Made by a program: the position numbers and the translations under genes | Notes under the pieces: model-generated | What the model saw: the letters and a program-made list of their open reading frames with translations, nothing else | What the model was told of the DNA's origin: nothing | Database searches by the model: none | Shown: in pieces, positions 31,873-40,102 of the stretch | How the letters are laid out: each line of letters opens with the position of its first letter | How positions within the stretch are numbered: position 1 is the first letter of the stretch | Origin: Planctomycetota bacterium | GTDB taxonomy: Bacteria; Planctomycetota; SZUA-567; H5-PLA8 | Reading direction: 5' to 3' | DNA: 64,000 nucleotides | Assembly (NCBI GenBank): GCA_038227875.1 | Contig: JBBRPR010000003.1 | Location: 1-64,000 of the forward strand

Positions 31873-32655
31873 ATGCGCCGAGCCCTGATCGCCTGCATCC
31901 ACGGAAATCTCATCGCGCTCGAAACGGTGTTGAAGGACATCGCGCTGGAAGGCGTCGATGAGATTGGATGTTTGGGGGACATGGTCGGGTTTGGGCCGGA
32001 CATAATTGAGTGCGTGGATCTGGTGCGAGAGAAGTGCGCGTGGTCGCTGGGCGGGGATCATGACATTAAACTGTTCGAACCAATATCACCTGATGCAAGC
32101 CATAGGCTTCAAAAGGTTCGCCAGCGCGAAATCGCAATGTTGAAGCCGCAGAATAATAGCGATGCACAAATACTTGAGCGTTGGGCGTGGTTGCAGAGTC
32201 TTCAGCCGAAAAAAGCAGACCGCAATACGTTGTTCGTTCACGGCTCGCCACGCGATCCACAGCATGAATTCCTGTTGGAAGACGATTTCTTGATCTTTAA
32301 TAACGCGCAGAACATCAAGGCATGTGAAGTCTTCAATTTCTCAGAATCCGTCTGTTTTTGTGCGCACACGGGACAACCTGGGATGGTTTACAAAGGTGAT
32401 GAATGGATCAGGCCGAATGGCTTGGAGAATTGGCGAGGCCAAATTGACCCATCCCCTAAGGTCATCGTTAACGTTGGCTCCGTCGGACAACCACGCGACC
32501 ATGACATTCGCAGTTGCTATGTGATCTGGGACGACGTTCAGCGCCATGTAACGTTTCATCGCATCCCGTACGACATCGAAGCCGCAATCAAACGCTTTCA
32601 ACGTGTGCCGGAATTGGACAAAAGATTTGCGGACCGATTGAAAATAGGCGTGTAA
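31873..32655 (+). CDS. Metallophosphoesterase-family protein with degenerate metal ligands
   Basis: ACIHGN, CLGDMVG, GDHD, VHGSP, AHTG, NVGSVGQPRD. Confidence 0.85.
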   Translation: MRRALIACIHGNLIALETVLKDIALEGVDEIGCLGDMVGFGPDIIECVDLVREKCAWSLGGDHDIKLFEPISPDASHRLQKVRQREIAMLKPQNNSDAQILERWAWLQSLQPKKADRNTLFVHGSPRDPQHEFLLEDDFLIFNNAQNIKACEVFNFSESVCFCAHTGQPGMVYKGDEWIRPNGLENWRGQIDPSPKVIVNVGSVGQPRDHDIRSCYVIWDDVQRHVTFHRIPYDIEAAIKRFQRVPELDKRFADRLKIGV

Positions 32656-32688
32656 ACGTTCAGAAAAATCAAATTAAGGGAGCTCCTT

Positions 32689-33111
32689 TTGGACATCACC
32701 ACCGTCGCTTTTAATCAATGGATCGGACTGCGCAGACCTTCAAAGCCCGAAGCCGCTCTGCTCGAACTTGAGCCGACCGGCCAGCACCTCAACCACCTCG
32801 GCACAGTCCACGCCAGCGTCCAGTTTGCTCTGGCCGAGGCATGCAGCGGCGAATTTCTGTTGCGGGAGTTCGCCGGCCGTGAAGGCGGCTACGCACCGGT
32901 CGTCCGGCGCGCCGAATCGAAATTCCGCAAACCCGCCAACGGCCTGCTCGCCGCACGCGCCACAGTTGATCCCGCTGAGCTCCAAAAATTCAAAGCCGAT
33001 CTCGAATCGAAAAAGCGCGCGCTGGTCACCATCAACGTCGACGTCTTCGATGCTCACGACGTCGTGACGCTCTCCGCCGCATTTGAATGGTTCATTCAAC
33101 GCATCAACTAA
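32689..33111 (+). CDS. Hotdog-fold thioesterase (PaaI/YiiD-C-like)
   Basis: HLNHLGTVHASVQFALAE; KFRKPA; TTG start after GGAG. Confidence 0.85.
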   Translation: MDITTVAFNQWIGLRRPSKPEAALLELEPTGQHLNHLGTVHASVQFALAEACSGEFLLREFAGREGGYAPVVRRAESKFRKPANGLLAARATVDPAELQKFKADLESKKRALVTINVDVFDAHDVVTLSAAFEWFIQRIN

Positions 33112-33120
33112 TAAAAAAAG

Positions 33121-33155
33121 GCCGTTCTTTGCGGCTTCGCGGCTTTGCGTGAGAT
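33121..33155. repeat. Solo arm of the octamer-armed MITE-like repeat
   Basis: gttctttgcggcttcgcggctttgcgtgagat closely matches the right arm at 57179-57216. Confidence 0.8.
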
Positions 33156-33163
33156 AAAAAACC

Positions 33164-33988
33164 CTACGCCAGCCCGCGGTACGCACGCCATTCCGCCACG
33201 GCCGTGCCCAGCGCCTCGCCGGGCTTGGGAAGCTGCCCGTGGATCGTCAGCGCCGGGAAGTCGACGGCCAGGCTTTTCAGGCTCACCAGCAGTTCGCGGT
33301 AGCGGTAGTCCGGTTCGTTTTCCAGGCGGCGCAGGCATTCGGCCTGTTCGTGCGACGGTTTTTCCTTGTACGAATTCTCGCGCATGTTCGACGGGAACTT
33401 GAAGACAGTCAGCTCGTTCACCGCCACGAAGCGCTTGCCGAATTCCAATCCGCGCGAGAGAAAATCCACGTCCGGCTGCATGCGGATCGTGCGGTAGTCG
33501 CGCCAGCCGCCGATGTCTTCGGCAAAATCGCGGCGGTGAAGCACCGACGACGGCGGCACGAACTGGTTGTACTCGTACGTCCCCGATGGCGAGAGGCCCG
33601 TGATGCGGCGCACGTTTTTCGGCGGCGGTCCGATCATGGCCGCGAGCGTGTACGCCGCATCCGCGTCGCCGATAGATTTAAGCAGCGTCTCGAGATGTTC
33701 GCGGTGCCAGATGTCGTCGTGACCGAGGTACGCGACGTGCGGCGCCTGCGCGAGTTCCAGGCCCTTGTTGTTCGGCGCGGTCTGCGAACCGGAATTGGTT
33801 TCGAGATTGTGCCAGCGCACGCGCGGATCGCGAAACGACGCGACAACGTCGGCCGAGTCGTCGGTGCAGCCATCGCCGATCACCAGCAACTCGAAATCCG
33901 AGACCGTCTGCCACAGCACCGAACGAATCGCCAGCCGCAGCACGCTGCTCCAATTGTAAGTGGGAATGATGACGCTGACGCGCGGCAT
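33164..33988 (-). CDS. Glycosyltransferase family 2
   Basis: VSVIIPTYN, IGDGCTDDS, YLGHDDIW. Confidence 0.93.
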   Translation of the reverse strand: MPRVSVIIPTYNWSSVLRLAIRSVLWQTVSDFELLVIGDGCTDDSADVVASFRDPRVRWHNLETNSGSQTAPNNKGLELAQAPHVAYLGHDDIWHREHLETLLKSIGDADAAYTLAAMIGPPPKNVRRITGLSPSGTYEYNQFVPPSSVLHRRDFAEDIGGWRDYRTIRMQPDVDFLSRGLEFGKRFVAVNELTVFKFPSNMRENSYKEKPSHEQAECLRRLENEPDYRYRELLVSLKSLAVDFPALTIHGQLPKPGEALGTAVAEWRAYRGLA

Positions 33989-33994
33989 GTGGGT

Positions 33995-34522
33995 TCAGCC
34001 TCCGCCAGAAATCGTGTCGAAGCGGTAGGGAATCTTATCGTTGATCAGCGGCAGGCGGAACTTGTCGGGATTGGCGTGGTTGTACGCCTTCGTCGGCAGG
34101 TTGATCAGTACCGCTTCGGTCGAACCGATGTTCTGAAACGCGTGATAGATGTGATCGGGATACGAGATCAGCATGCGGTTCTGGTCGCTGAAGCAGAGGA
34201 CGTTGAGCATCTTGTACGTCTTCGATTGCGGGCGGTCGTCGTAGAGCACGATCTTGACGCGGCCGTGGCGCAGAAAAATCCGGTCGTCCTGTTCCTTATG
34301 CATGACCCAGCCCTTGGCGCGGCCGGGCGCGATTGAAAATTCATACAGATAAACCAGCGGACCAGTGTGAAAGGCCCAGGCCGGATTGAAAATCTCGCAG
34401 AGCGATCCGCGCTCGTCGACCTGCGTGACCGCGTAGCGGATTTTCACGCCGTCGATCAGCGGTGCTACGCGTTCGCCAGAAGGTAGCACCGTCTGCGGAT
34501 CCTGTTTCGGCTCATGCGGCAT
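33995..34522 (-). CDS. dTDP-4-dehydrorhamnose 3,5-epimerase-like (RmlC cupin) protein
   Basis: IDGV...DERG.L.E, KGWVMH, LYDDRPQSKTY, YHAFQN. Confidence 0.85.
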   Translation of the reverse strand: MPHEPKQDPQTVLPSGERVAPLIDGVKIRYAVTQVDERGSLCEIFNPAWAFHTGPLVYLYEFSIAPGRAKGWVMHKEQDDRIFLRHGRVKIVLYDDRPQSKTYKMLNVLCFSDQNRMLISYPDHIYHAFQNIGSTEAVLINLPTKAYNHANPDKFRLPLINDKIPYRFDTISGGG

Positions 34523-34709
34523 GGCGGCAAACACCCCTTAATTGGATTCTTCCGGCTGATCATAGTCGCGGCGAGAGAGAGTCAACGTTAGTTAATCGAA
34601 GGTACTTCCGGATTTCTAAAGAGACATCGACCGGCGATATTCGCCGAAAGTCTTCGGGTTCTGTTCACATAACTCTTAGTTCTGACAAACGTTCCACGGA
34701 TAGCGAAGT

Positions 34710-34725
34710 CGGCATGAACTTTGCA
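34710..34725 (+). promoter_or_regulatory. Sigma-54 promoter upstream of the fibre operon
   Basis: CGGCATGAACTTTGCA is close to the consensus TGGCAC-N5-TTGC; ~50 bp before ATG 34774. Confidence 0.65.
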
Positions 34726-34773
34726 CCATGTCCCCTCATTAGTGGAATTTGCTTCTGGGAAGGCGGCGGTGTC

Positions 34774-37700
34774 ATGAAAATCTTGCCCGGTTTAAACGGA
34801 CGACTGTCAAGATTTTCCGATCTGCTGAGCATACTGTCCGTAATCTGGACGACTGTGCAATGCACTGCGGTTTTTGCCGGACAGGCCCGGTTATCTATAG
34901 AGACACCTCGCGGCGGCGAATTCTTTGTTGTGGGGCAGCAGCAGTACGTCCGCGTGGCCTCCCGCCTGAAAAGCGTTGACGTCGCGCTCAGCCGCGACGG
35001 CGGGCAGACCTTCGAGAATCTCGGCACGATCAGCGCCACCGCCACCGATCTCACCAAACGCAATTCACTCGCGTGGACGGTCGCTGGACCGGCGAGCAAC
35101 GCCTGCGTCATCCGCATCAGCAGCGGCGTGTTCTCCATTTCGTCGGGCATGTTTGTGATCTCCGCGGCTCCTCCGACCACTGGATCCAGCGGAGGCACCG
35201 GTGGATCCAGCGGCGGCGGCGCGGTCAGCGGCGCGCCGGGATCGGTGGGCACGTTTCAACTTGCCGATGGTTCTGTCACCACGCCCAAACTCGCCGATGG
35301 CGCCGTGACCTCGCCGAAGATCAGCTCCGGCCAGGCCTCCGCGGCGCTGGTCTTGACCGCCGACGGCAGTGGCGGCGCCAACTGGTTGAACCTGCCGCCG
35401 GCCGATGCCATCGCACCCACCGCGGGCACGGACTTGATCACCGCCATCAACAACGCGGCGACGATCGGCACGGTCAACGCCAGCCGTCTCGACCCCAATC
35501 TCGCCGTCAAGAATGGTCCGAACACGTTCACCACCGGCACGCAGACCCTCAAGACCGGTGCGGATAGCACCGTCGGTGTGGTGGTGAAGGGGAATTCGCC
35601 GACGCAGAGCGCCGACTTGTTGCAGTGGCAGGATTCCACCGGGGTCGTGAAGGCCGCAGTCTCCGCGTCCGGTGTGATCAGCGGCAACGGTTCGAGCCTG
35701 ACGAATCTGAACGCCACCCAATTGACTTCCGGAACCGTGCCGGTTGCGCAATTGCCCATCGCCGGAATTGCGGCAGGAACGCGCGGCTCGGTCTACGCGG
35801 ACAATGCAACGATCATCGTCGGCGCCGACGGCCGGATCACTGCCATCGGCGCTGCGCCTTCGGGATTCGCGGGCGGCGATCTCTCCGGCTCGTATCCCTT
35901 TCCCGCTGTCGCGACCGGCGCGATCACGACCTCAAAAATCGCCAACGGTGCGATTACCGATGCGACCGTCAGCGACGTCGCGTGGGGGAAAATTACCGGC
36001 GTGCCCAGCAACACCGTCAACGCCGTCGAGAACAAAGGCGGCACACCCAGCGTTCAAAGCGGCACGGAAGCCGCGCTGCCCGCGGCCGGAACCGCCGGGC
36101 GCTTGTACGTGGCCGCTGACACGCTGAAGCTCTTCCGCGACAACGGCGCCAGCTGGGATCTCGTGAATCCCGCGTTGACCGGCGACGTGACCAAGCCCGC
36201 CGGATCGAACACCACGACGATCGCCGCCAGCGCCGTCACCACCGCCAAGCTTGCAAACGCAAACGTCACCGCCGCGAAGCTGGCCAATGGCTCGGTCGAT
36301 CTCGCCAGTGCCACAGTGACCGGCACCGTTCCCTTCGCCAACGGCGGCACCGGCGCCACGACGCAACAGTCGGCACTCAACGCGCTGGCCGGCGGCGTGG
36401 CCTCCGGAAAATTCCTGCGCGGCGACGGCACCAACGTGACGCTCTCTGCGATTCAAGCATCCGACGTCCCAACGCTCAATCAGAACACGACCGGCACCGC
36501 GGCGAATGTCACCGGCACCGTCGCCGTCTCTAACGGAGGCACCGGCGCGACGAGCCTGGGAACAAGCAAGCAGCCGCTGCTCGGCAACGGCACCGGCGCG
36601 GTGACCGCGGCGGCGGCTCCCACGACCACTGATGCGCTCGCCGATATGATTCTCGGCACCAGCGCGACCACTCAGAAGGGGATCGTGGTTCAAGGCCGGG
36701 CCTCGCAGACGGCCAATCTTCAGGAATGGCAGGACGCTTCCGGAGCGGTGAAAGCCGCCGTCTCGCCGGCGGGCGTGATCAGCGGAAACGGTTCGGGGCT
36801 GACGGCGTTGGACAGTTCGAATCTCACGACGGGAACCGTGCCGGTCGCACGGCTGCCGATCGCCGGAACGACTCCCGCGACCGCCGGTGCGGTGTATGCG
36901 GACAACACCTCGATCTCCGTCGCGGCCGACGGCAAGATCAGCGCCGTGGCCTCTGGCGTGACCCTGGGCGGCGATGTCGGCGGCGCGGCCAACAACAACA
37001 CCATCGTCGCGGGCGCGGTGACCGGATCGAAGATCGCCGCCAGCACCATCACCGGCGGAAATCTGGCCGGCAACATCTCCATCAACACGACCGGCAACAT
37101 CGCGACGACTGGTTCAGGCACGCTTTCCAGCGCCGGCGGCTTGACCGTCAGCGGCGGCAGCGTGGCCTTGCCAAACAACTCCGTCGCGGACGCGGCGCTC
37201 TCCACCAACGTACCGCTGAAGAACGCAGCCAACACCTTCACCACCGGCGCGCAGACGATTCAGACCGGAGCCGACGCGAACAAGGGACTGATCATCAAGG
37301 GCAACTCCGGCAGCCAGTCGGCGAACCTTCAGGAATTTCAAGACCACACCGGCGTGACGCTTTCGGCGATCGACAAGAGCGGCAATTTCACCGGCAACGC
37401 GGCAACCGCGACGACTTCGACGACGGCCGGCAACGTAAGCGGAACCGTTGCCGTCGCCAACGGCGGCACCGGCGCGACGACTATCGGCGGCGCACGAACC
37501 AACCTGGGCGCGGCTGCCAGCGGAGCCAACGCCGACATCACCTCCTTGACCGGTTTGACCACCGCGCTTCCTGTCACCGAAGGGGGCACCGGATCGACGA
37601 GCTTGGGAACCAGCAAGCAGCCTCTGCTCGGCAACGGCGCCGGCGCGGTGACCGCCGCGGCGGCACCGACCACGGCCGACGCGCTGGCCGATGCCGTCAT

Positions 37701-40074
37701 TGGAACCAGCGCCACGACTCAGAAAGGGCTGGTCGTTCAGGGACAAGCCTCGCAGACGGCCAACCTTCAGGAATGGCAGGACTCCACTGGCGCCGTAAAG
37801 GCCAGCGTCTCGGCCACGGGAGTCATCAGCAACTCTGTAGGCGGTGGTGGCTACATCAGCGCAAATTTCAATACCACCACGGATAATGTCTTCGGGATTG
37901 GAACCACCTCGTTCGCAAGCCGTAGCGCACTTTCACTCTCAGGAAATGGGGGATGGAAGGGCTGGATGATCATTCAGAATTCCGCCGACGGAAAATTGTC
38001 ATTCACACAGAACTCCGGAAACATCAATGCAGGTTCTCCCAGCCTTGTGATGGACACCAACCAGAATGTCGGCGTCGCGACCAGCGCGCCGGTCGATAGG
38101 TTGTCCATTGGCGCGGCACCCACGGCAGGCGCCACGCGGGCATTGGTAAATTTGAGCAACACGCCCCTGGTTGGAGGCAACGCCAACGGTACGTACATCG
38201 GCGGAAATCCAGCGTCCGCGAGCGCCGACTTTATGAATTATCAAGTGGGCGGGGCGTCAAAATTCAAGGTCGATGCCGCGGGGATTTTGACTGCAAGCGG
38301 CTTTAATTCCACAGGCGACCTGCTGCCTGCCACCGACAACTCTTACAAACTAGGCACGACCACCAAGCGCTGGCTGAGCCTGGACGCCGGCCCCACCGGT
38401 TTGGGCGTCCACAATGATGCCACCAACACGAACAAGATCTCGCTCGCGTTTTCGGGCTCCACCGCCCAGCTCGCGACCGACGCGGCGACTCCGCTGGCGA
38501 TCACCACCGGCGCGAACACCGGACTGAATCTGAACACGACCGGCTACGTGGGCATCGGGACGGCCAATCCGCTCAGCTCGCTGATGGTGCTGCAGCCGGG
38601 CGTCACGCAGGCCACGCCGACGCTCGCCGGCATCAATCCCACCTATGCAGGAAAAACCGTTCTGCTGGAAGGCGACAGCGCGGCGTACTTCGTGGGCCGG
38701 GCCGTTTCGAACTCGCTGGAGTTCATCATGGGCTGCTCGAGCAGTGGATACGCTTTTTCAGGGACGCTGACCAATCACAACTACGCCTTGCGAACCGCCA
38801 ACACCGACCGGGTGATGATCACGTCGACGGGCGTGGGCATCAATTCCGCGACGCCCAATGGCAAACTCGATGTGATCGGCACACCCACCGCGTCGGCCAA
38901 CTACGGACTGGTGAACATCGGCTCCGCGACCACCGCGTTCGATGGCAGCACCGCCGGCTTCTTTGCCGGCTCGGCCAATGGGACGCAATTGGCCGTCAAC
39001 GCCGCCAGTGGCTTCACCGGCAACCTGCTGGATCTGCAACTCGGGGGGAGCTCAAAATTCAAAATCGCCAGCGACGGGTCCTTTGCCTCCCCGGGAACTG
39101 GAACGAGCACAGTCGGTGCGTTGAACATCTCGGGTTTCGGTTCGCTGTATTCCAACAGCGTGTTGAATCTCGGCGCGGGTTCGTCGGGACAGGTGAAGCT
39201 GTTTCCGATGCAGGCTGTCAACACCAGCAGCGCGGTGGACGGCATCCTTGCGGCCGGCAACTTCGCGCCGACCAGCGGCACGGGCGTCTACAACACGCTG
39301 ACGCTCAACCCGACCATCAACCAGACCGGCGGATCGACGGGCGTCTCGCGCGGCATCTACATCACGCCGGTGCTGACCAGCGCCGCCGACTTCCGCGCCA
39401 TTGAAACGCGGCAGGGCAATGTGATCTTCGGCACGGTCTCCGGCAACGTCGGCATCGGCACGACCGCGCCGACACGAGCGCTGGGACTCGGCGGCGGCTC
39501 CGCGCAGAACATCGGGATGGAGCGCACTGCGGGCGGAAGCGGCAACGCGCTGACGCTCAATGCCGGCGGAGCCCAGTCCGGCGCCACGGACCAGAGCGGC
39601 GGAAATCTGATTCTCGCCGGCGGCGTCTCGACGGGCGCCGGATCGGCGTCGATCCTGATTCAGCCGGTCGCCGCTGGAGCATCGGGATCGGGCGACAACG
39701 CTCCGGCCACCAAGGTGACCATCGCAAGCAACAGCACGCAGTTTCAACATCAGTATTACGCCAACCGATTCGACAACGGCACGTGCTCATCCGGTACGGC
39801 GACGGTGGATTTCAACAGAGGAAATACGCAGGCGATCACGCTGGGCGCGAACTGTACGTTCACCTTCACCAATGCGCAGCTCGGTGCGCGGTACTTGGTT
39901 GAGATCATCCAGGACGGCACTGGCAGCCGCACCGCGACCTGGCCGGCGAACGTACGCTTCAGCGGCGGCGGCTCCCCGACGCTCACCACCACTGCCGGCT
40001 ACAAGGACATTCTCACCCTGTACTACGATGGCACAAATTTGAACTGTGCGCTGGCCTACGCGTTCGCCCCGTGA
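34774..40074 (+). CDS. Giant secreted phage-tail-fibre-like adhesin (~1766 aa)
   Basis: Signal-peptide-like start; Ig-like 'PRGGE' domain; LADGSVTTPK repeats; VANGGTGAT motifs; 4x QS/TANL..WQD modules; GNVGIGT motifs; C-terminal 'IQDGTGSRTATWP' phage-tail-type domain. Confidence 0.85.
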   Translation: MKILPGLNGRLSRFSDLLSILSVIWTTVQCTAVFAGQARLSIETPRGGEFFVVGQQQYVRVASRLKSVDVALSRDGGQTFENLGTISATATDLTKRNSLAWTVAGPASNACVIRISSGVFSISSGMFVISAAPPTTGSSGGTGGSSGGGAVSGAPGSVGTFQLADGSVTTPKLADGAVTSPKISSGQASAALVLTADGSGGANWLNLPPADAIAPTAGTDLITAINNAATIGTVNASRLDPNLAVKNGPNTFTTGTQTLKTGADSTVGVVVKGNSPTQSADLLQWQDSTGVVKAAVSASGVISGNGSSLTNLNATQLTSGTVPVAQLPIAGIAAGTRGSVYADNATIIVGADGRITAIGAAPSGFAGGDLSGSYPFPAVATGAITTSKIANGAITDATVSDVAWGKITGVPSNTVNAVENKGGTPSVQSGTEAALPAAGTAGRLYVAADTLKLFRDNGASWDLVNPALTGDVTKPAGSNTTTIAASAVTTAKLANANVTAAKLANGSVDLASATVTGTVPFANGGTGATTQQSALNALAGGVASGKFLRGDGTNVTLSAIQASDVPTLNQNTTGTAANVTGTVAVSNGGTGATSLGTSKQPLLGNGTGAVTAAAAPTTTDALADMILGTSATTQKGIVVQGRASQTANLQEWQDASGAVKAAVSPAGVISGNGSGLTALDSSNLTTGTVPVARLPIAGTTPATAGAVYADNTSISVAADGKISAVASGVTLGGDVGGAANNNTIVAGAVTGSKIAASTITGGNLAGNISINTTGNIATTGSGTLSSAGGLTVSGGSVALPNNSVADAALSTNVPLKNAANTFTTGAQTIQTGADANKGLIIKGNSGSQSANLQEFQDHTGVTLSAIDKSGNFTGNAATATTSTTAGNVSGTVAVANGGTGATTIGGARTNLGAAASGANADITSLTGLTTALPVTEGGTGSTSLGTSKQPLLGNGAGAVTAAAAPTTADALADAVIGTSATTQKGLVVQGQASQTANLQEWQDSTGAVKASVSATGVISNSVGGGGYISANFNTTTDNVFGIGTTSFASRSALSLSGNGGWKGWMIIQNSADGKLSFTQNSGNINAGSPSLVMDTNQNVGVATSAPVDRLSIGAAPTAGATRALVNLSNTPLVGGNANGTYIGGNPASASADFMNYQVGGASKFKVDAAGILTASGFNSTGDLLPATDNSYKLGTTTKRWLSLDAGPTGLGVHNDATNTNKISLAFSGSTAQLATDAATPLAITTGANTGLNLNTTGYVGIGTANPLSSLMVLQPGVTQATPTLAGINPTYAGKTVLLEGDSAAYFVGRAVSNSLEFIMGCSSSGYAFSGTLTNHNYALRTANTDRVMITSTGVGINSATPNGKLDVIGTPTASANYGLVNIGSATTAFDGSTAGFFAGSANGTQLAVNAASGFTGNLLDLQLGGSSKFKIASDGSFASPGTGTSTVGALNISGFGSLYSNSVLNLGAGSSGQVKLFPMQAVNTSSAVDGILAAGNFAPTSGTGVYNTLTLNPTINQTGGSTGVSRGIYITPVLTSAADFRAIETRQGNVIFGTVSGNVGIGTTAPTRALGLGGGSAQNIGMERTAGGSGNALTLNAGGAQSGATDQSGGNLILAGGVSTGAGSASILIQPVAAGASGSGDNAPATKVTIASNSTQFQHQYYANRFDNGTCSSGTATVDFNRGNTQAITLGANCTFTFTNAQLGARYLVEIIQDGTGSRTATWPANVRFSGGGSPTLTTTAGYKDILTLYYDGTNLNCALAYAFAP

Positions 40075-40102
40075 GTGACACCTCGGAAAGTGCGCTTCGA
40101 AG

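Noticed and set aside
34462..34773. N-terminal extension of the 1870-aa ORF
   Set aside because: It overlaps the divergent gene and the promoter; the signal-peptide-like sequence starts at ATG 34774.
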